Shown here: one piece after another, positions 42,919 through 56,196 of the stretch
Numbering within the stretch: position 1 is the stretch's first letter
How the letters are laid out: each line of letters opens with the position of its first letter
NCBI RefSeq assembly: GCF_009914755.1
Contig: NC_060931.1
Source: the human T2T-CHM13v2.0 reference genome, Homo sapiens
Strand: one strand, 5' to 3'
DNA length: 64,000 bases
Made by a program: the position numbers and the translations under genes
The notes under the pieces: model-generated
Told to the model about the DNA's origin: nothing
What the model saw: only the letters and a program-made list of their open reading frames with translations
Databases searched by the model: none

Positions 42919-44815
42919 AAATACTTCTTTTTTCTTTGCAACAAATTCTTATGGTACTGCATTTGTTGCTGCTCCTAGTGTTGTGAGAAATCATGGATGT
43001 AAAAGGAAAAGGGAAAGAAAAAGGTAAAGGGGCACTCTGGATGAAAAAAGGAGGCCATTTTTTAGCATTCTGAGGTCACTCTGGTGTCTGGGAGTGGGAC
43101 TCTAGTATCAAAAGGACTAAAAGGGTGCTGCCAGCCAAGACTGCTCTCTGCAAAACAGAGCTGAACTAAGAAGCAAATGACTCTTTTGAAATATAATACA
43201 ATTTACTGTCCTACATTTAAAACTGGCCTATGTTTAGGAGTTCACCTGTAGCTGCATTTACCACTACTCACATCTGATTATACATTTCTTATAATTCAAA
43301 ACTCCCATACAGCTTGAAAATTTATAGGAAGTTAAAAGTGGCACAGCAAAGTAGGTGCCACTTCTCTTTTTATACCATCCATGTAGGCTTTAATAGGAAG
43401 AGTTTAATATTTTAAAATTTTACCTAGATCAGCCTGAATAGTATGTCCATGTTTTATGTATACATACTTTCTGCTGAAAAGCAAAGGAGTTTGTTCACAC
43501 CTTTATTATTGACCAAATAACTGCTTAGCTTCTTTTGGTTAAATTGATTCAAAACCTGATATATGAATTAACACATCTTGCTTTCTGCAGCCAATAACAC
43601 GTAAGTAATACTTTTGCATGATGACAATTTTGATCAACACAGAAACCTAGAATTACAAATAAGCAAAGTAAACCAATATTGAACATTTATTAGAAATAAT
43701 ATGTTCAATGTAAAAGAAAGACAAATGCTTTCCCTATGAAGTGTGAAATTTAATATATTAGATCAATCATGAAAATAAGTTCACAAAATTAAATGTTAGT
43801 TTATATTTTAATTTAATAATTTAAAAATACTTAGCTTAAAAATAAACAGATGGCAGCTTTTCTGGTTCATTTTTGATATTAATTTATTATTGGAAGACAA
43901 ATGCTACTATTCATATTGTATTATGTGACACACACATTGTATTATGTTACATATATAACTGAGAGACAGTGAAAACCAGGGTGTGTGCACTGCATTTTGG
44001 TTGGAGAGAACAAAGTACAGTTTAACCAAAGAATGTCCATCAATCTGGCAACTCTAGCACGTTACATTTTAAGTGAAAAAATTGGTTACCAGCCTCTTCC
44101 CCACCCCTTCAGCTCACTCTCTTCCCTTAGAATTTTTATATATCCAGAGAGTCAAAGAAAAAAAGAAGTGGAATAGATTTGCTTATTAGAGAAATCTATA
44201 AATACATATTAGTAATGTCCCAAAAAGATAAGGTTGTCTTCCAGTAAGTTAGATTTTATAATTTTTTTTTTATTTTTCCTAGTTATTGTTATGCTTAGTT
44301 TTTTAAAAAATAAGCTTCTGATTTATACTTCATTCTAAAGCACTGGGTTTGTGAAAAATAAATAAAAATACATACTTCAAAGAAAAGATATAGAAGAAAT
44401 AAAGTAGCAACTAGTGCCTCCGATAAAACATATCCACTGAATATTTTAGATGTAATTCTACCTATATTTTGCTTCATCAATTGGGTGTTTTTTTATGTAG
44501 TGAAAATAATACCGCATGTATAACTTAGCATTTTTTCCACTTAACATATATTGACCATTTGTTTTGCACGTTATTACAACACATTCGTGGCTATTACCCT
44601 TGTGCCTGTATGAATGGTAGATATTAGGTTGTTTCTACTTTTTTTGTTGCGATAGACATTTTTTGTTTTGTAATCAATAAAGCTAACTTAAATATTCTGG
44701 GTTTGGCTAGAAAGTAGGGGATTGATCCTGTAAACAAGATCATGATATTCCTCAAACATAGTATCATTAAAAATTTTTTAAAACATCTAATTTTAAAAAT
44801 CATGAAAATACTTAC

Positions 44816-44824
44816 CTTTACCAG
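44816..44824 (-). CDS. CADPS2: CADPS2 9-nt microexon CTGGTAAAG (converts ...QL-Y-ADR to ...QL-SGKD-ADR)
   Basis: tgctttgtttctcatttctttgctgacctgtag|CTGGTAAAG|gtaagtat; symmetric phase 1; consensus donor; SGKD matches my recollection of a CAPS2 isoform. Confidence 0.88.
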
Positions 44825-45126
44825 CTACAGGTCAGCAAAGAAATGAGAAACAAAGCATATTTAAATGGGTTGGGAACTATATACTTATACAACTAGACAT
44901 TTAATTTTTTATTTTCTCAATTTCTACTCATGATTTTAAAAGTTGTTTTTCTAAAAGACCATCAGGAAAGAAAACAAAAATTGATTATGTAAGTCAATGG
45001 AGGGAGGAAAATACTATGGATGAAACTACTCTCTGGAGGAACTCTGGAGGAATTCATGGCATTTCTCTGATAGTTCAGGGTCACTACCCTCATTCTGATG
45101 AGGTAGAACATTTTCTTTCTTCATTC

Positions 45127-45231
45127 TTTTTTTTTTTTTTTTTTTTTTTGACGGAGTCTTGCTCTGTTGCCCAGGCTGGAGTGCAGTGGTGCGAACGTGG
45201 CTCACTGCAAGCTCTGCCTCCCAGGTTCACG
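45127..45231 (-). mobile_element. AluY-like right-arm fragment
   Basis: polyT gacggagtcttgctctg...gcaagctctgcctcccaggttcacg. Confidence 0.88.
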
Positions 45232-45422
45232 TCAGCAGAGGTCTGCCCTGATTTAAAACTTTACTAGCAGCCTGGAATACAAGTCAGTTGTTGTTAACAA
45301 ATTGAAACAGTTTCCCTTTTTAGTTATAACAAGTAAATTCAGTTCTCATAGCCTGATCAATTCTGCCTTGACAATAAATTGATATCAAATAACAGAAAGG
45401 TTTTGTTAGAAACAGATGATAG

Positions 45423-45619
45423 GGCTGGGCGCTGTGGCTCATGCCTGTAATCCCAGCACTTCGGGAGCTGAGGTGGGCAGATAACCTGAGGTCAGGAGTT
45501 CAAGACCAGCCTGGCCAACGTGGAGAAACCCCATCTCTATTAAAAAGACAAAAATTAGGCAGGTGTGGTAGCATACACCTGTAATCCCAGCTACTTGGGA
45601 GGCTGAGGCATGGGAATCC
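45423..45619 (+). mobile_element. 3'-truncated AluS (no tail)
   Basis: ggctgggcgctgtggctc...ggctgaggcatgggaatc then abrupt switch to duplicated unique sequence. Confidence 0.9.
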
Positions 45620-45693
45620 CATAGCCTGATCAGTCCTGCCTTGACAATAAATTGATATCGAATAATAGAAAGGTTTTGTTATTATTTGTTACA

Positions 45694-45998
45694 GGCAGGT
45701 GCAGTGGCTCATGCCTGTAATCCCAGCACTTTGGCAGGCCAAGGCTGGCAGATCACCTGAGGTCAGGAGTTTGAGACTAGCCTGGCCAACATGGAGAAAC
45801 TCTGTCTCTACTAAAAATACAAAAATTAGGTGGGTGTGGTGGCACACACCTGTAATCCCGGCTGCTGAGATTACTTGGGAGGCTACTTGGGAGGCTGAGG
45901 CACGAGAATGGCTTGAACCTGGGAGGCAGAGGTTCAGTGAGGCGAGATGGCACCACTGCACTTCCTCTCTCTCCAGAGGCAGACTCTGTCTAAAAAAA
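45694..45998 (+). mobile_element. AluS-like SINE with small internal duplication
   Basis: ggcaggtgcagtggctc...tacttgggaggc repeated twice...ctctgtctaaaaaaa. Confidence 0.9.
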
Positions 45999-46203
45999 TT
46001 CTGTATTATTCAGCCACAGTCTTAAAGTTCTATGCTAGTGGTTCCTACCTGCTTTTCTTGCCATTATGTGCAAGCAACAATAGCCACGAGCTCAACACAT
46101 TCCTCGGGCATTCCTTGCACTCAGGATGTTAAGAAAAAATATGGGAACACAAGTGAAGGAGGATGGCGATTAAAAAAAAATAGTTATTAAGTCACTGTAA
46201 TTC

Positions 46204-46456
46204 TGTGGTTCTCAACTGGGGGTGATTCCTCACCAACCGCAACCCTACCCTCTGGGACATTTGGCAATGTCCAGAGATATTTTTGGTTGTCTGACCTGGG
46301 ACCAGGTGGGAGACTATTGATACCTAGTGGGTAGAGGACAGGGGTGCTGTAAAACATTACATAACGCACAGGAAAAGTTCCTTACTCCACTCCCTGCCCC
46401 AAAACAAATAATTATCTAGCCCAAAATGTCAATAGTGTTGAAATTGAGAAACCATG
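46204..46456 (+). mobile_element. MER20 hAT MITE
   Basis: gtggttctcaactggggg...gggacatttggcaatgtccagaga...cccaaaatgtcaatagtg...ttgagaaacc. Confidence 0.88.
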
Positions 46457-48742
46457 CTTTAACTTACAAAAAATTCTGCTTCTGGTCATGATGGCATAAT
46501 TGAGAATAAACTTAACCTCCTACCTGAATTAAGTATTCTAAAAAAATTTACAAAAAGTTTATTAAACGCTGCACGTTGGGCAACGTGATTCCTGAGGGAC
46601 GGGAAACAAGGTGAGCCTTACAGTCACTCCAGGTTACTGCCAGGAGAAACTCTATAGCCCATGGCACAAGCAACAGGAACCCAGGAAAAGCCCAGTGGTC
46701 TCCCTGAGTTCAAAAGATGGAACTGACAGTTCAGAAGGGTGATAGTAACTAGAGTTTGTAGGAAAGAGTACTGGAGAGAAGAGAGCTGCCCAGCAAGAGA
46801 CTCTCAAGATCTACAGAAGGCCTCCCCCAAGAATTCAGCTGACTACCCATCAGCTCATGCATGTGTAGAAAGGGAAAGAAGCAATCTAAAGGATTCGAGA
46901 GGACAGTGCCCCAAACTCACACAGCCTAGAATAGCACTGCTTTTCAGCAGCAAGAATATAAAAGCTCATAATTCACAGGTTATCAGTTAGAGTATTAAGA
47001 AAGATGTTGGTCCAGAAATGGGGAAAATGCATCCTGGACTAAACACTGCTTGGTCTTCCCTAACAAAACTTGAAAGCAAAGCTTGAGAGGATTGAATTGT
47101 TTCCAAGTAACTTAACTGTGTCTCAGAACAAGCATTTTTATGAAGAAAACTATACCAAGGCACATCATAATCAAATTGCTCAAAAACAGTGTTAAAGAGA
47201 AAAATCTTTAAAGCAGCTAGAGGAAAAAAGGACATTATTTATAGAGGAAAAAACCAAAATAGCAGCACATTTCTCATTGGAAAAACAAATGCAAGCTAGA
47301 AGAAAGTGGAGCAACACCTTAAAGTACTAAAAGAAAAATATCTTCAAAATGAGGGTAAAATAAATACTTTTTTTCGTATATAAAGAAGCTAAAAGTATTC
47401 ATTACCAGCAGATCTGCACTACAAGAAAAGTCAAAGGAGGTCCTCCAAGAAGTGAAAATATCTATATTAGATGATGAAAGGCACTGGAAATGGTAATGTA
47501 CATGTACATAACATGTACATAATGGACATGTACAAAATGGACATGTACATAACATTTTTCTTTCACTTTTAATTTATTTAAAAGATATTGACTAAGGCAA
47601 TAATCATAATAGCAATGTATTGTGGGATTTACCACATATATAGAAGTAAAATATATGACAAGAATAGTGCAAAAGCCAAGAGAGGAGAAATAGAAGTTTA
47701 CTATTGTAAAGTGTGCATACTATACATGAAGATATATAATAAATTTAAAGGGTATACTTTAAATTCTAAAGCAATCACAAAGATAACAAAACAATTGGAC
47801 TGAAATAAAAAATTCCATTTACTAAAGCAACAAAGATGAAATACCTAGAAATAAATCTGACAAAAGATGTGCTAGATCTGTTCACTGAAAACTACAAACA
47901 TCCCAAAGAGAAACTAAAGACTACCTAAACAAATGAAGTGATACATGGTATTCACAGATTGGAAGACTCAATATTAAGAAGTCAGTTTTCCAAAATTTTC
48001 CAAGGACTGACCTATAGATTGAAGGCATTCCCAGTAAAATCTCCAGCAAGGAATGTCAAGATGTTTTAAAAATTTACATTGTACCCCATATATATAAACA
48101 ATTATTTGTCAATTAAAAGTGAATAAACTTATTTTAAAAATTCATAGAGAAATGCAAAGGACATAGAATAGCCAAAATACTTTTGAATAAGAGAAATCAA
48201 TTTGGAGGACTTGGACTACCTAACTGTAAGATTTACCAAGCTACAGTAATCAAGACAGTGTGGTAATAATATTAAGATAGATAAACTGACCAAAGAAAGG
48301 ATAGCCCAGAAATAAACTCATATGTAGTTAATTGATTTTTCACAAATATGCAAGGGCAATTCAGGGTACGATAATCTCTTCAACTCTTTGTGTTAGAACA
48401 ACTGGACATCCATATGCCATCCAGAAATACTGATGGATACCTCTCACCATATATAAAAATTAACTGAAAATGGTTGTAAAATGTAAACGCCAAAATTGTA
48501 AAATTTCTAGAAGAAAGCAAAGGAGAAAATGTTTGCAATTTGGGTTAGGCAAAGATCCTTTAGTTATAACATCAAAAGCACAACTATGAAAAAAATTGAT
48601 AAAATGGACTTCATCAAAATTAAGAATTTCTTTTTTTTTTTTTCTGAAAGTCACTATTAAGAGATGTGAAAAGACAAGCCATAGATTAGGAGAAAATATT
48701 TGCAAATCACGTATCTGACAAACATCTTGTATCCAGAACACA

Positions 48743-51391
48743 CAGGGAAACTTCATTTTATTGTGCTTTGCAGATGTGTTTTTCATAAATTGAAAGTTCG
48801 TGGCAACCCTGTGTCAAGCAAGTCCATGGTGTCACTTTTTTAACAACACGTGCTCATATCATGACGTGCTCATATCATGACTGTTTCATGTTATGGTAAT
48901 TCTCACAGTATTTCCAACTTTTTCATTATTAGTAGATCTATCACGGTCATCTGTGGAAAGTGATCTTTGATATTATTGTAATTGTTTTGGGGTGCCACAA
49001 ACTACACCCATATAAGATGGTAAACTTAATAAATGTTATATGTGTTCTGACTGTTCCCCATCTCTCTCCCTTTTCTTGGGCCTCCCTATTTCCTGACACA
49101 CAACAATATTAAAATTAGGCTAACTAACAACCTGAAATGATCTCTAAGTGTTCAAATGAATGAAAGAATCCCATCTCCCTCACTTTAAATTAAAAGCTAC
49201 AAATGATCATGCTTAGTGAGCAAGGCATGTCAAAAGCCAAGATAGGCTGAAAGCGAGGCCTTTTGCACCAAGTAGCTAAGTTGTGAATGCAAAGGAAAAG
49301 TTGTTGCAGTAAATTAAAGTTGCTACTCCAGTGAACACACAAATAATAAGAAAGCAAAACAGCCTTATTGCTGATATGAAGAAAGTTTGAATGGTCTGGA
49401 TAGATCAAACCAGCCACAATATTCCCTTAAACCAAAGCCTAATCCAGAGCAAGGCCCTGCCTTTCTTCGATTCTATGACAGCTGAGAGAGGTGAAGAAGC
49501 CTCTGCAAACTGTGAAGCCAGCAGAGGTCAGCTCATTAGGGTTAAGGAAAAGAAGCCATCTCTATTACATAAAAGTACAAGGTGAAACAGCAAGGGTTGA
49601 TGCAGAAATGGCAATAAGTTATCCAAAAGATCCAGCTAAGATCATTGATGAAGTTAGCTATGCTAAATAACAGATTTTTAGTGTAGACAAAATAATCTTC
49701 TATTGGAAGAAGATGCCATCCAGGACTTTCGCAGTTAGAGAGAAGTCAATGCTTGGCTTCAAAGCTTCAGAGTACAGGCTCTCTTGTTAGTGGCTAATGC
49801 AGCTGGTGACTTTAAGTTGAAGCCAATGTTTATTAACCATTTTGAAAATCCCAGAGCCCTTAAAAACTATGCTACATCAACCCTGTTCTGTGCTCTATAA
49901 CTGAAAGAACAAGCCCAGATGATGGTGCATCTGTTTACAGCATAGTTTACTGAATATTTTAAGTCCACTGCTGAGGCCTGATGCTAGAACAAAAGAATCT
50001 GTTGGAAGCATTATTGCTCACTGACATAGCATCTAGTTGCTCAAGAGCTCTGCTGGAGATGTACAAGGAGATTAATGTTGTTTTCATGCTTGCTAACCCA
50101 ACATCCATTCTGCAGCCCACAGATCAAGGAGTAATTTCAACTTTCAAGTCTTATTATTTAAGAAATACATTTTATAAGGCTATAGCTGCCATACATAGTA
50201 ATTCCTATGAGACATCTGGGAAAAGTAAATTGAAAACCTGGAAAGGATTCATCATTCCAAATGCCATTAAGAACATTTGTGATTCTTGGGCGGAGGTAAA
50301 AATATCAACATTTACAGGAGTTTGGAGGAAGTTGATTCCAACCCTCAGGGATAACTTTAAGGGATTGAAGACTTGAGTGGAGGAAGTCACTGCAGATGTC
50401 ATGAAAATAGCAAAAGAACCAGAATTAAAAGTGCAGCCTGAAGATGTGACTGAATTGCTGCAATCTCATGATAAAACTTGAACAGATAAGAAGTTGGTTC
50501 CTTTGGGTGAAGCAAAGAAAGTGATTTTTGAGATGGAATCTACTTCTGGTGAAGATGCTGTGAACATTGTTGAAAGGACAACAAATGATTTAGGATATTA
50601 CATAAACTTAGTTCGTAAAGCAGAGGTAAAGTTTTAGAGGATTGACTCCAATTTTCAAAGAAGTTCTACTTTGGGCAAAATGATAGCAAACAGCATCACA
50701 TGCTACCAGAAAATCTTTCGTGAAAGAATCAGTCACTGCAGCAAACTTCATCCTTGTCTTATTTTAAGAAATTGCCACATCCACACCAACCTTCAACAAC
50801 CAGCAACCTGATCGGTCAGCAGCCATCAATGTTGAGGCAAGACCCTCTACCAGCAAAAATACTATAATCACTGAAGTCTCAGGTGATTATTTTTAGCAAT
50901 AAAGAATTTTAAAATTATGTTTTAGACATGATGCTAGTGCATGCTTAATACACTACAGTGTAGTATAAACATAACTTTTTTTTTTTTTTTTTTTTTTGAG
51001 ACAGGGTTTCACTCTATCGCCCAGGCTGGAGTGCAGTGGCGCTATTTCACTGCAACCTCCACCCCTCGGGTTCAAGCAGTTCTCCTACTTCAAGCCTCCC
51101 AAGTGCTGGGACTACAGCCACGTACCACCATGCTCAGCTAATTTTGCATTTTTTGTAGATACAGGGTTTCATCATGTTGCCCAGTCTGGTCTCGAACTCC
51201 TGAACTGAAGAGATCCCCCCCACCTCGACCTCCCAAAGTGCTAGGATTACAGGCTTGAGCCACTGCGCCGGCCAAACATAACTTTTATACACACTGGGAA
51301 ACCAAAGAATTTGTGTGACTCACTTTATTGAGATATTCATCTTATTGCAGTGGTCTGGAACTGAACCCACAATATCTCCTAGGTATGCCTG
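48743..51391 (+). mobile_element. Near full-length Tigger1 (pogo/Tc1-mariner) DNA transposon with decayed transposase
   Basis: 3' TIR aatatctcctaggtatgcctg+TA; ORF-track 49391..49585 (VWIDQTSHNIPLNQSLIQSKAL) and 49981..50376 (PTSILQPTDQGVISTFKSYYLRNTF) are Tigger1 transposase relics. Confidence 0.93.
50980..51273 (-). mobile_element. AluS-like SINE inside Tigger1, 13-bp TSD
   Basis: TSD aaacataactttt at 50967-50979 and 51274-51286. Confidence 0.94.
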
Positions 51392-54044
51392 TATAAAGAC
51401 CTCTCAAAACCCAATAAGAAAATAGCCTAATTACAAATTAGGCAAGGTATGTGCAGAGATACATAACCAAAGAATAAATATGGATAGCAAAAAAGCACAT
51501 GAAAATAGCATTTCTCTATATGAGCAATAGTCAATTAGAAAATATAATAAAAAATATAAGATGCAATAGCAAGGAAAGTATGAAAGGCTTAGAAATTAGC
51601 TTAACCAAGAATAAAAAGAGCTCTATGGAAAATTATTAAAATGTAAAGGACTCAGATTTGAATAAATGAAAGGATATTTCATAGTCATGGCTGGGACAAC
51701 TGAACATTACACAGGTATGGATCTGGAGGCATTCTATGTTTCCATCTCTGGAGGAGTGAATAGAAATAAAATGTGCAGTAGACCAGGTAACATAAGACAG
51801 AAGCCCACTTACATGGTATGCAGTAATCAGAAGAATGAGATTAGATGTATTCATAAAAACATGGATAAATTTTAAAAACATAGAGATGAACAAAAACAGT
51901 AAGACTGAATATGACAAAGAATACAAAACCATTTATGAGATTGACGCTAAATGCACACATACAAAATGCAAATTTGCAAAATGAAAAACACAGGAAATTC
52001 ACATTAAATGCTGTAGAACTGTAGCTTATAGGGGAAGGGACAGAGACTGGCCTATGGAGAGGTAAGAAACAAATTTATAAAAACTTGGTTTTCAACAACA
52101 AGAATCAAAACTCGGAGGGAAAAAAATAGATCAGCTGGATGGAAGAAAATGGTTTTGGGAAGAGATTTGACTTGAGTTAATGTTGTGCTGGGGGTGAGCA
52201 ATGAACAGAGCTCCAGAGGAAAAAAGTTCTACCCGGGGTTGAGGGAGTCTTATACTTTGATGCCCAATGCAGGCACAGTCCAGGGATAAATACCCAATTT
52301 GGCACTTGAAGTAGGAAAGAAGCAGTGGATAAGAGCTGTGCTGCAAGAGAAACGCCTGAGTGAGCACCCCTGTGCATAGCTGGGGAATACCCAACAAGTT
52401 ACTATGTACCACTGTGGCAAGAATCTGATGAAAATGATGTAAGGAATTCATAGGTGTCTGGAGTTGATCCAAGGAGGACACAGACTACATGGACTTCATT
52501 GCCAGGTGCCCTGGCAGGTCCATGGTGACGAGCAGTGCATACCAGCACATAAGTAATGAAATCAATGACAGAAGTCATGCCTAAGCCCATGTGAACAGAG
52601 AATAGTCTTAGGCTAGATGTTACATTCAATGATATCACAGTTTTATGCAATCCCTCTGAAACTTAATTTACTATGGATCACATGGAAGAAGAGTAGGGGG
52701 AAGAATCTTGAATTAATTGAATTATAATCTGTGACTCAGTTGTTTTGAATTAGCGAGTTAAAGTTTTTTGGCAACATTAGAAATTAAAATTTAAGATATG
52801 TTCAATTGTAGAAAAATAAAGTTACACTTCTGTACACCTTAGCTCTGATGAAACACTCTTATCTGCTGTGCCATACTCTATGTGTATTACCCAGAGGGTG
52901 AGAGGAAGGCAGCAGCAGCGAGTTAAATTTTCAAATACAGTGAAAACATCAGAATGTGCTCTTTTTATTTTATTTTACCTTTTAAGATGACAATGCTACT
53001 AATTTTAAAGAAGAAATTTTAAATCAATGAAAAAATTTATAATATTCCTAAATAGTTTTCACTACATATAAAAGATATGCCCCAAAATAATTACGATAAT
53101 CTATGAGTATGGTCTGTGGTTTCTAAAATAAAGAAATAAAAAGCTCATGGTTCACATTTAATTATTTGAACTAAAGTGCCTTTGTTTAGGATGCCCAGAA
53201 ATGATACTGAAGGGTATCTAAAAAGAGAAGAGAATAGTTACTTGATGCATGAAAAGCAGAAGAAAATAATGCATGTCAAGATGTTATTCCCTTTGAGAAG
53301 AATCTCAAGAATAAAAAGCCACAAGTTGAGCTGAAAGTTAAAGACAAATATTTATTACAGGTAAAACAGGATAAGCTTTGTAAAGGAGTACAACAAGTTA
53401 AAACACTTGGTTTAGTGATTATCAAAGCTAGGTTTGAAGATGTTTTGACCATTATTCCATAATTATTAAGCATCAGTCATTTAAAATTAAAAATTTAGTT
53501 CTTAACAACTTAAGGTAGCATTCAAAAAGTGACATGTCTTTAAGGTACAAGGGGAAAAAAGTTGGCTTTATGACTTATTATTTTTATCAATCTACAACAA
53601 AAAAATAGACCTATTATCCTTCTGGGGTATTAAGAACAATTCTAGAAGGTAATGGTTCATCATTTTGGTATTCTGAAATCCTATCAAAGCAAATTTGATT
53701 TTGCAATACTTTTTCCATATCTATAGGAGACTTAAGTCAAAAATCACAATAAACTAAATTAAATTTTCCTTTGAGAAGTTTTGGAGAATTTTCTTATGTG
53801 CTCTTGAGATTTCTAGAAATACCCTAATGCTTGACAAATCCATGATTGGAAACCACACGTACCATTTACTCCAGATTTATGTGAAAAATTAGATAAGTGA
53901 TTATGTGACTACTAATATGAACTATTTTCATTTAATTAGGAATCAATTAATGATGTAAACTATAATACTGAATACATTTGCCTCAATTTTATATCTTATT
54001 AAGGCTATTAATTGATAATCAAATTATTTTTTAACAAAACTTAC

Positions 54045-54245
54045 AAAGCTGAGCATCTGCATGGAGAGTTCCTCCTTTAGGATTCAGTTTCTGGGTTTGA
54101 ATTGCAGGAACTGGTTTATATGATTGACCTGTGGCCCTATACATGGCTTGAACCCATAATATTCTGTCCTGTTCATCATCACTGGCAAAGATTACAGTAT
54201 CTCCTTCTTTAACAGCATTAAAGAACATACAACCACCCTGAAGGC
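54045..54245 (-). CDS. CADPS2: CADPS2 coding exon, 201 nt, end of PH domain ([67 protein letters not shown])
   Basis: tttgtttcctccacag|GCCTT...CAGCTTT|gtaagt; phase 1 to 1; overlaps ORF-track 54031..54228. Confidence 0.97.
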
Positions 54246-55275
54246 CTGTGGAGGAAACAAAAAGACATCATTAAAAATTTATAGGATTGGCAGATTTTCG
54301 TCTCATTCACTAACTGACCTCATGGAAAAGAATGGCTTTGATATTAGCAGTTAAATGTTTTAAAGAATATTTAGTTTAAAGGATCAAATCCACAATCAAA
54401 GATTTGAAGAAAAACAATAACAAAAAGGGTTAAGCTCCCATATTACCTCAGAAATAAAAAATAACCTAGGGAAACAGTCCATGACAGAGTATCATTCTAC
54501 AAGACATATAAACACACTCCATGGAAATGCATAGCACAATCTGATATTTCATGCCAGAGAAAGAAGTTTTATCTGTTGGCATAGTTGCCATTCTATACAT
54601 GGGAAAAATATATAATGATTAAGACAAAAATGATATTTCATATTGCATGTATTTTATCTTTTATAAAATTCTTTCACATAATATTTTGCATTTTAAGTGA
54701 ACAATTAGTTAATATAGTCATAAATTTCTATTTCTTAATCTCTATTCACCAATATTTAATCATTATGTTTATTAATGTCTACATTTCTTGATCTTAGATA
54801 TTAATGTCATTAATATTCATTCATTCAATTTTTTAAATATCAGGTGTCCAATACTCTTTCCAGTATTAATATGAAGGGAGAGAGAGAAGTACAAGCATGT
54901 ATTGTTGGGGAGAAAATTAGTAGTTATAATATAATAATTCATTTGCCATTTCTTTGCCTATTTCTGCTATAACTTTTGCTTTCCCGCAAAGAAGTTTCTG
55001 AAAACATTGTAATATCTCACCTAATTATTCCATTACAGTGAATTTTACACATTTCAATCCTGCGCTAAAATAATAACAAATATGATGAAATATGGCTAAA
55101 AATACAAGCCCTCCAAAAGAGATAATTTGAATCTCATAAAGTCTTGCCCAGGTATATAAGTGAAATATGCACCCTATTCATCGAGAGGGGTTTAAATTGT
55201 AGAACAGACAAAGGATATTTATAAGAATTCCATGCATACATACATGGCAGGAAAAGTGATTCAATTAAGATTTAC

Positions 55276-55384
55276 CTGGGTGGGGATCGGTATAATCCAC
55301 AGTATAGCCTTCAAGCTGCATTAATTCTTGTGGTTCAGACTTCTTTTCTCTATAACTGCACATAGCAAAGGTATATTGGCTAAC
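55276..55384 (-). CDS. CADPS2: CADPS2 coding exon, 109 nt, PH domain ([37 protein letters not shown])
   Basis: Minus strand tttttttttctcgagcag|GTTAGC...CACCCAG|gtaaat; phase 0 to 1. Confidence 0.96.
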
Positions 55385-55869
55385 CTGCTCGAGAAAAAAA
55401 AAGTTTACAGATTAGTCACATTAAATTTACCAAATTTAACTTTCGTTTTTTTATCAAAATACTCTTTTCCCAATTAAAAATATAACATAATTTGCACATA
55501 AATTATTAAATTTTAGCATTTTTCAAAACCTAGCTCAGAGATTCAAGCACCTTTCGTTTGTCAGCTTGCATTTGTTGGGTCTTCTATGCCTATGATCCAG
55601 CATTCCCCAAGACAATGATTTGGTGCTCAAGCTTCTATATTAATAGAAGCACCATAAATAAGTATTCATGTTGATACGTTTGGGATCATTAGCCTATTAA
55701 GAAGATAAATAGCCTTCTTTCACTTCATGGTTTCTTACAGCTTTTAATATGCTAACGTAGGCTATAAATCTCTAAGAGTAAGATTAGGAGTAGTCCTAGA
55801 TTTACATAAACATGGGACCACATTTTCAAGCATACTTATATCAAGACTTTTAACAAAGTAAAAAAAGAT

Positions 55870-56196
<327 letters not shown>

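Larger units (their letters stand above)
46478..51510 (+). mobile_element. Old L1M (5' region to ORF2) interrupted by Tigger1
   Basis: cacatcataatcaaattgct, ttggaagactcaatatt, ctacagtaatcaagacagtgtgg, gacttcatcaaaattaag; atccagaa...tataaaga continues across Tigger1. Confidence 0.8.

Noticed and set aside
47495-47555. acatgtac-rich micro-repeats, and small duplications at 26451 and 58431
   Set aside because: Ordinary slippage products inside L1 relics.
49981-50376. TIGD1-like domesticated transposase gene
   Set aside because: Fragment of a frameshifted Tigger1 fossil.
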